Shown: piece by piece, positions 57,890 through 64,000 of the stretch
Layout of the letters: the number at the start of each line of letters is the position of its first letter
Position numbering within the stretch: position 1 is the stretch's first letter
Assembly (NCBI GenBank): GCA_965250285.1
Contig: OZ252299.1
Location: forward strand, 4,896,001-4,960,000
Reading direction: 5' to 3'
DNA from: Myxococcota bacterium
Lineage (GTDB): Bacteria; Myxococcota_A; UBA9160; UBA4427
DNA: 64,000 nt
Program-made: the position numbers and the translations under genes
The notes under the pieces: generated by a model
Databases searched by the model: none
Seen by the model: the letters and a program-made list of their open reading frames with translations, nothing else
Told to the model about the DNA's origin: nothing

Positions 57890-59968
57890 ATGCCCAGAAT
57901 CGATCGCCTGTCTCGGCCGAGCGCGACCGCCGCTCGCCGTCGGCGGGGCCGGTGGGCCCGTGTGTCCGTCATGGCGGGCTTGTGGGTCTGGCTCGGAGCG
58001 TCGGGCTGGGACGCCGCGTGGGCGGCGATCCCCAAGACCTTCCCCCCGCCGGCCGAGACCGCGTGGGCGCCGGCGGGTTGCCGCGCCGTTTCGCCGAGCG
58101 ATGCGGTGCTCGGACCGCGTGTCGGTTGGCGCAACCTGCACGGCGATGCCGCCAGCAGCGACGAGGTCGAGACCGTCCACGCACCGATGTTCGTCGAAGA
58201 CTGGGTCGCCGAATCGAACACCTTCAACGTGACCGGGCCGGTCTTCGACGCCCAGGGCGATCTCTACTTCGCCCCGCTGCGGCCTTACGAGGACGTGATC
58301 CTGATCTCGGTCGACGGCCAGACCGGCGCACGTCGCTTCGCGATCGCCGACGCCGGCACGGGTGCGCCCACCGGCACCAGCGCGCCGCTGGTGCTCGAGG
58401 ATCCGTCGAATCCCGGCGACCAGATCGTGTACCACGCGGTGTATGACCGCGTGGTCGCCCTGCAGACCGACGGGACGATCGTCTGGGATGAGCCGAGCGG
58501 ACTTTCGCTGCCGATCGATCCAGACACCGCTCAGGTGTTCGGCCTGGTCTACGTGCCCCAGGTCGACGGCATCCTGGGCCTCACAGTCGATGGTCTGCTC
58601 TTCGGCCTCGATCGTGCGACGGGCTCGCCGATCTTGACGGCCCCGCATAGCCTGCCTGGCTCGCCGTCGCCCGAGGGCGAGGTCGGCGGCGGTCTGCTCA
58701 CCCCCGAGCAGATCGAAACGGTTCGGGCCGAGCTCGCTCAGCTCATCGATCTGCCCGAAGGCGACGACGATGGCCTGGGGACGCTGCTGGGCAACGGGGT
58801 CGAGGTCGCCAACCACTTCTCGGTCGATGCGCACACCGGTGCGATCTGGATCGCCGCGACCGCGCCCGACGGCGACGACGGCACCGTCGATGGCGTCTCC
58901 GAGCTCGGTGCGCTCTATCGAATCGACCTCAGCGCGAACGGGGCGGGCTACGACGTCGTCGAAACCTGCTCAGCCTCGTTCGTCGGCGGATCGGCGTCGA
59001 CGCCCGCGCTCAGCGCAGATGGCACCCGCGTCTACGTCGCCGACAACCAGGGGCGCCTGATCGCGATCGACGCCGGCTGCAACGAGGTGTGGAGCCTCTC
59101 GCTGGGCGCCCAGATCGTCGGCTCGATCGCGGTTGCCTCGGACAACGGCGAGCTGTACGCGGCGACCGCGGCGCAGATCTTCCAGGTGATCGACACCGGC
59201 GCCAGCGGCGTCGCCGGCTGGACGGCCGACATCGACGTCTACACGCTGGGCGGCATCGAGCAGCAGACGAATCTCAACCTCGTATCGATCGGAGAGAACG
59301 GTCTCTACTTTCAGGCGGGCGCAGGCGTGATCGCCGTGGCGCCCTCGGTCGCGGGCGTCGGTCTGCTCGATCGGGCCGATGGTTCGGTGCGATCCTACGT
59401 CGCGGGCTTCGACGAAACCGTGGCGGTGATGAGCACGGCCCCCGACGGCACGCTCTACATCGGCAACTCGCCGCTGCGCCGCGCGATCGCCCGCGCGGTC
59501 GTGCCGGCCGCTACGCCCCCGCTCGTCGGCGGCGTGACGCGCTACGCCCCCGCGCGCCTCGACCTGTTGGTGCGGGACGCGGCGTGCGCCGGTGAGGTGC
59601 GCGCAGCCAACGCGGCGGCGGTGGCCGGGACGTGTCCGGCATCGAGCGCCGCCGATGCGAACCAAGTTCAGATCCTCATCGATCAGGCGCGCGATGCGGG
59701 GCCGATCGCGGTCGGCGACGGCGACTTCTCCGCGCCGCAGTGGGCCTCGGTCGCAGGCTGGCTCGATGCCGCCGAGTCGAGTCTCGGCGAGGGGGACCTG
59801 ATCGGGGCAGGCGACGCCCTCGGCAACGCATGTGGCGTCGCGGCGGGTGCGTCCGCGGTGCCGAGCGTCGGCGACGCCGCACGCGTCGTCTTGGTGCTCA
59901 TGCTCGCGCTGCTCGGCGTCGTGAGCATCGTTGTGCTGCGACTTCGCGCCACCGCCTCGCGCACGTGA
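57890..59968 (+). CDS. secreted PQQ-like beta-propeller protein with IPTL-CTERM-like C-terminal anchor
   Basis: Signal region, propeller repeats (STPALSADGTRVYV), C-terminal VPSVG..., TM helix, basic tail. Confidence 0.7.
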   Translation: MPRIDRLSRPSATAARRRRGRWARVSVMAGLWVWLGASGWDAAWAAIPKTFPPPAETAWAPAGCRAVSPSDAVLGPRVGWRNLHGDAASSDEVETVHAPMFVEDWVAESNTFNVTGPVFDAQGDLYFAPLRPYEDVILISVDGQTGARRFAIADAGTGAPTGTSAPLVLEDPSNPGDQIVYHAVYDRVVALQTDGTIVWDEPSGLSLPIDPDTAQVFGLVYVPQVDGILGLTVDGLLFGLDRATGSPILTAPHSLPGSPSPEGEVGGGLLTPEQIETVRAELAQLIDLPEGDDDGLGTLLGNGVEVANHFSVDAHTGAIWIAATAPDGDDGTVDGVSELGALYRIDLSANGAGYDVVETCSASFVGGSASTPALSADGTRVYVADNQGRLIAIDAGCNEVWSLSLGAQIVGSIAVASDNGELYAATAAQIFQVIDTGASGVAGWTADIDVYTLGGIEQQTNLNLVSIGENGLYFQAGAGVIAVAPSVAGVGLLDRADGSVRSYVAGFDETVAVMSTAPDGTLYIGNSPLRRAIARAVVPAATPPLVGGVTRYAPARLDLLVRDAACAGEVRAANAAAVAGTCPASSAADANQVQILIDQARDAGPIAVGDGDFSAPQWASVAGWLDAAESSLGEGDLIGAGDALGNACGVAAGASAVPSVGDAARVVLVLMLALLGVVSIVVLRLRATASRT

Positions 59969-60155
59969 AACCGAGCGACCTGCGCGTTCGTTTCATCGCG
60001 GCGCTCAAACGGTGGTTCGTGGGGGTCGATCCATCGCATCGTAAAGCGCAGAGCTGCTAAGGTCCGCGCCCCGATCTCGGATCCGCTGCTCCCCCCCGCT
60101 CGCGATCCACCGAGGGCGCGCGCGCCTTGGCGTGCCGCCGTGGAGCTGTTCGCTG

Positions 60156-61850
60156 GTGTCGTCGCGGATCCGATTGCGAACCTGGCAGAAAGAGGCGCTC
60201 GCCAGGCTCTCGTCGCATCCGCACCGAAACTTTCTCGCCGTCGCGACGCCGGGCGCGGGCAAGACGACCTTCGCACTGGCGGCGCTGCGCCGTTCGCTCG
60301 TCGCGCAGCAGGCCCGCCGCTGCGTGGTCGTCGTGCCGACCCAGCACCTCAAGCTGCAGTGGGCGCTCGCCGCCGAGCGATTCGACATCCACATCGACCC
60401 CGACTGGTCTGCAGGCGACGGCGTGTTGCCGTCGGACGTCCACGGGATCGCGGTGACGTACCAGCAGGTGGCCGCGAACCCGGATGCGCTGCGCCGGCTC
60501 GTCGGTGAGGCGTTCGTCGTGCTCGACGAGATCCACCACGCCGCCGACGCGCGAAGCTGGGGTGATGGCGTGCGGCACGCGTTCGAGCGCGCTCCGCTCC
60601 GGCTGTGTCTGTCGGGGACGCCGTTTCGGAGTGACCAGAGCACGATCCCCTTCGTCCGATACGTCGGGGAGGAGGCCGAGGCCGACTACGAGTACGGCTA
60701 CGGCGAAGCGCTGCGCGATGGCCGCGTCGTGCGACCCGTGTACTTCCCGCGCATCGGCGGCCAGATGGAGTGGACCGCGCCCGACGGCCAGTCGTACGCC
60801 GCGAGCTTCGAAGACCCGCTCGCGCGCACGCTGGCCAGTCAGCGCCTGCGCACGGCGCTCGACGTCGAGGGCGAGTGGCTGCCGGCCGTGCTGGCGAAGG
60901 CGCACCGTCAGGTGATGCACCTGCGCCGCGACGATCCGCGGGCGGCCGGCATGGTGATCGCGATGGATCAGGACCACGCGCACGGCATCGCGAGAATCCT
61001 GACCGAGCGCCTCGGCGTGAAACCGACGGTGGCGGTCTCCGAAGACCCCGACGCGTCTCGCCGCATCGCCGCGTTCACCGAAGGGCACGATCCGTGGATC
61101 GTCGCGGTGCGGATGGTGAGCGAAGGCGTCGACATCCCTCGCCTGGCGGTGGGTGTCTATGCGACCAACACGATGACCGATCTGTTCTTTCGCCAGGCGG
61201 TCGGTCGCCTCGTCCGCGTGAGCGCGGGCGCGGCACCGCAGCGCGCGTACATGTTCATCCCCGACGACGCGCGGCTTCGGGGCTTCGCCTTCGGGATCGC
61301 AGAGCAGCGCCGGCACAGCCTGAAGAAGAAGGAAGCCGACGGCGAGGTCGATGCATTTGCCGAGGCCGACGAGGAGGCTGCCCGCGCCGCCCGCGACGAG
61401 CAGATGTCGCTCTTCGCGGCGATCTCGGCGGTGCCCCTCGATGAAGCGGGGCAGCCGCTCGACGAGCAGGCGGTCGTCGACGCGCCGGCCGCCGACGAGG
61501 CCGGCGACGTCGACGTGATCCCGGGCCTGGTTCGAGAGGACGTCGCCGAGCCCGAACGCCCGGCCGTCGACGCGCCCTTCGAGCTGACGCCCTTGTTCGA
61601 GGAGCCGGTGCCGACGCCCGAGCCCGAACCGGCTCCCCAGCTCACCTTCTCACCGCGCAGCAAGAAGCGCGAGCTGCGCGAGCGCAACAGCGCGTGTGTG
61701 CGCAGCCTCGTTCACCGAATGCGAATGCCGCACGCCGACGTGAACGCCGAGCTCAATCGTCGGGTGGGCATTCGGCGCATCACCGAGGCGACGGTCGATC
61801 AGCTCGAGCGCCGCCTGGCCGTGGCAGAGAAGTGGCTGCGCGGTCGTTGA
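60156..61850 (+). CDS. SF2 DEAD/DEAH-box helicase family protein
   Basis: LRTWQ, ATPGAGKTT, DEIHH, SGTPFRSD, MVSEGVDIP, QAVGRLVR. Confidence 0.9.
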   Translation: MSSRIRLRTWQKEALARLSSHPHRNFLAVATPGAGKTTFALAALRRSLVAQQARRCVVVVPTQHLKLQWALAAERFDIHIDPDWSAGDGVLPSDVHGIAVTYQQVAANPDALRRLVGEAFVVLDEIHHAADARSWGDGVRHAFERAPLRLCLSGTPFRSDQSTIPFVRYVGEEAEADYEYGYGEALRDGRVVRPVYFPRIGGQMEWTAPDGQSYAASFEDPLARTLASQRLRTALDVEGEWLPAVLAKAHRQVMHLRRDDPRAAGMVIAMDQDHAHGIARILTERLGVKPTVAVSEDPDASRRIAAFTEGHDPWIVAVRMVSEGVDIPRLAVGVYATNTMTDLFFRQAVGRLVRVSAGAAPQRAYMFIPDDARLRGFAFGIAEQRRHSLKKKEADGEVDAFAEADEEAARAARDEQMSLFAAISAVPLDEAGQPLDEQAVVDAPAADEAGDVDVIPGLVREDVAEPERPAVDAPFELTPLFEEPVPTPEPEPAPQLTFSPRSKKRELRERNSACVRSLVHRMRMPHADVNAELNRRVGIRRITEATVDQLERRLAVAEKWLRGR

Positions 61851-61967
61851 GTGTCCCGCGCGACGCGGGCGAGGGCGGCCAAGCCGACCATCGACTCTCC
61901 CTCGATGCATCGGTCGCGCGCGACACGTGCAGCGGTCGAGCGCCAACCCGTCGGGGCGACGACGCGG

Positions 61968-62618
61968 TCAGCGGCGCGACAGCATCTCGGCCGCGGCGTG
62001 CTGGCCTGCCTGGTTCAGGTGCACCGAGTCGCGATAGTGGGCTCGGAGCGAGAGCACCTCACCGAGGTCGCCCGCGCACGTCACGCGGTCGTCGCTCGCG
62101 CAGATGCGTCGATCGACGACTGCCTGCGCGTCGAGGAACACGTTCCGCGGATCGTCTTCGGCGGCATAGACGCGCGGCGAGGTCACGATGCGGATCTCGC
62201 GCGCCGGGATGCGCGCGATGATCGCGCGCAGGTTCGCCTCGTATCGCTCGGGTGACGATGCGGGGTCGACGACCAGATCGTTCGTCCCGAGCATGATCCA
62301 CCAGACGTCATTCTCGTCGGTTCGGTCGATCCACCAGCAGGGCTCGGTGCAGGCGTCGACGACCTGGTGGGTCGAGAGGCCGCCACGTGCCTTGTTGACG
62401 TAGTCGTCGCCGAAGAGCAGCTCGGGCCAGGCCTGCCAGTCGTCGGTGCGGGGCGTCGAATTCGAATCGCCGAGCACGACGTTCGTGCCGCCTTCGCGCG
62501 GGGCCTCGGTTGCGCCACACGCTGCGAGGCACGCGGCGAGCAAAGCCGCGGCGAGCCGGGCGGCTGCGCGCTCGACGAAGCCGCTGCGTTCTCGCGATGC
62601 GTCGCCTCTCTGATCCAC
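61968..62618 (-). CDS. SGNH/GDSL hydrolase, probable lipoprotein
   Basis: LAAC lipobox, GDS, GTND, DSVH; start uncertain. Confidence 0.8.
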   Translation of the reverse strand: MDQRGDASRERSGFVERAAARLAAALLAACLAACGATEAPREGGTNVVLGDSNSTPRTDDWQAWPELLFGDDYVNKARGGLSTHQVVDACTEPCWWIDRTDENDVWWIMLGTNDLVVDPASSPERYEANLRAIIARIPAREIRIVTSPRVYAAEDDPRNVFLDAQAVVDRRICASDDRVTCAGDLGEVLSLRAHYRDSVHLNQAGQHAAAEMLSRR

Positions 62619-62670
62619 CGCCACCGAGTCTACACCCGGCGATACCTCGACGTGGTGTCTTCGCCGATCC

Positions 62671-62823
62671 CCGCCGTGAACCCGACGCGTCGCTCTCAGG
62701 GCACGATCGCGAACGTCGCCGTCGCGGTCGTAATGTCGCCGCTGCCCGCCGCGAACCCGACGTGTCGCTCTCAGGGCACGATCGTGAACGTCGCCGTCGC
62801 GGTCGTGATGTCGCCGCTGCCCG
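62671..62823. repeat. 75-bp tandem duplication overlapping a gene 3' end
   Basis: 62671-62745 versus 62746-62820, 4 mismatches. Confidence 0.9.
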
Positions 62824-63544
62824 AGGCGCCCGCGACGTTCATGTCGAGGCTGGTCGCATCGACGACCTCCGTGATGAACACCTCGGTGCCGCCGGTGAAG
62901 CCGGCCGACGTGCCACCGTTGCGCGTCGCGCCCTCGAAGCAGCGGAACGAGCCGTACTCGCCGCTGCCCGAGAACCAGGCGCAGTCGACGTCGACGGCGC
63001 CATCTCGCGTGAAGAGCACGTAGAGCTTCTGACCGTTGCCGGGGTTGCCCACCGCCGGGATGCTCGAAGGCAGCGTGAGCGTCTCGGGGGCACCGAGGTC
63101 GACGTCGGCGTCGAACCAGCGGCTGCCGCCGGTGCCGCCATTCTTCTTCGATGCGACGAGCACGACCGAAGCGGTCGACACATCGACGCTCGAGAGCGTG
63201 GTCGTGGTGCCGAGGGTCGTGTCGACGTAGATCGCGCCGTTCGAGCACGTGATCTCGTAGCCGTCGGCCAGCAGCGAGCTCGCGCAGCCCACGCCGTCGG
63301 CGCCATCGACGCCCGCGGTACCGGGTGCGCCCGGCGCTCCCGGTGCGCCGGCTGCCCCATCGCTGCCGTCGGCGCCGTCGAAGATCTCGACCGAGGTGCC
63401 ATCCGCGCAGCTGATCATCGCGCCTCCGGCCGTGTCGGTGACCGTGCATGAGCTTCCGTCGAGGCCGTCGTCGCCGTTGTCGGCACAGGCCGTCGCGAGA
63501 GCGAGCGCGGTGAGGGCGAGCAGCATGGGCTGAAGTCTTCGCAT
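62771..63544 (-). CDS. lipoprotein with short collagen-like (Gly-X-Y) repeats
   Basis: LATAC lipobox; GADGSDGAAGAPGAPGAPGTAGVDGADG; paired Cys. Confidence 0.75.
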   Translation of the reverse strand: MRRLQPMLLALTALALATACADNGDDGLDGSSCTVTDTAGGAMISCADGTSVEIFDGADGSDGAAGAPGAPGAPGTAGVDGADGVGCASSLLADGYEITCSNGAIYVDTTLGTTTTLSSVDVSTASVVLVASKKNGGTGGSRWFDADVDLGAPETLTLPSSIPAVGNPGNGQKLYVLFTRDGAVDVDCAWFSGSGEYGSFRCFEGATRNGGTSAGFTGGTEVFITEVVDATSLDMNVAGASGSGDITTATATFTIVP

Positions 63545-63627
63545 CGGTGCATCTCCGTGGGCGTTCGACTGCTCTATCGGTCGAATTCCGCGGAGACTGG
63601 AGCGCTGGGTCAGCGCCCCGCATGGGC

Positions 63628-64000
63628 TCAATCGAGCCCGAGCACCTCCTCGATCGTGTAGACCCCCGGGCTGCGCGCTGCGAGCCAGGCGGCGCAGCGC
63701 GCGGCGCCGGTCGCGAAGTGCTCGCGCGTGAACGAGCGGTGGATGAGCTCGATGCGCTCGCCGTGGCCGACGAGATAGACCGTGTGCTCCCCTGGGCAGT
63801 CGCCGCCGCGCAGGGTCTGCACGCCGATCGCCCCCTCGGGCCGCGCGCCGATCTCACCCGCGCGCTCGAGCACGATGTGCTCGTCGAGCCCGACGCCCTG
63901 ACCGTCTGCGACCTTCTGTGCGAGGAAGAGCGCAGTCCCGCTCGGTGCGTCGCGTTTGGCCGAGTGATGCATCTCGAAGAGCTCGGCGTCGAAATCGGGG
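63628..64000 (-). CDS. dapB: 4-hydroxy-tetrahydrodipicolinate reductase (5' end outside window)
   Basis: EMHHSAKRDAPSGTA, RGGDCPGEH, FATGA. Confidence 0.93.
   Translation of the reverse strand, partial: PDFDAELFEMHHSAKRDAPSGTALFLAQKVADGQGVGLDEHIVLERAGEIGARPEGAIGVQTLRGGDCPGEHTVYLVGHGERIELIHRSFTREHFATGAARCAAWLAARSPGVYTIEEVLGLD

Noticed and set aside
62671..62823. DGR template/variable repeat pair
   Set aside because: Mismatches are not confined to adenines of one copy and no reverse transcriptase is in the window.

Overview
High-GC bacterial chromosome segment, most likely Myxococcota-like (inferred from the split atp operon, bactofilin after parB, an MXAN_5187-type domain and the parS variant), spanning the probable replication origin. 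Left of about 8.8 kb all genes run on the - strand (atpI, atpZ-like, hemL, gyrA, gyrB, dnaN). To the right they run on + (rpmH-rnpA-yidD-yidC-jag, two perfect parS sites, rsmG-parA-parB-bactofilin, atpF'FHAGDC). dnaA, recF, mnmE and mnmG are missing from this normally conserved block, yet an AT-rich tract with DnaA-trio-like repeats sits just upstream of dnaN with no canonical DnaA box. The rest is mostly housekeeping and lipid metabolism: aspartate kinase, a sulfotransferase/SDR/SRPBCC cluster, tesB, bioBFD, radA, polyprenyl synthase, comEA, a Btu/Fec-type ABC transporter, eno, tRNA-Ala(CGC), a dodecin/NTP-transferase/YgfZ/DUF2064 operon, a porin, an SF2 helicase and dapB. Best non-obvious signals: (1) a hidden deiodinase-like selenoprotein (FGSYT-UGA-PPF plus a SECIS-like hairpin) split by the ORF caller; (2) the dnaA-less, box-less origin candidate; (3) two long, heavily base-paired intergenic regions (23.0-23.6 kb, 54.35-55.45 kb); (4) ten TGACGC motifs in 229 bp; (5) tandem duplications of gene 3' ends at two loci; (6) an NtrC/sigma54-type promoter driving a stand-alone Fis-HTH protein. 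No CRISPR array, integrase, transposase or reverse transcriptase was seen. All calls are by eye and no searches were run.
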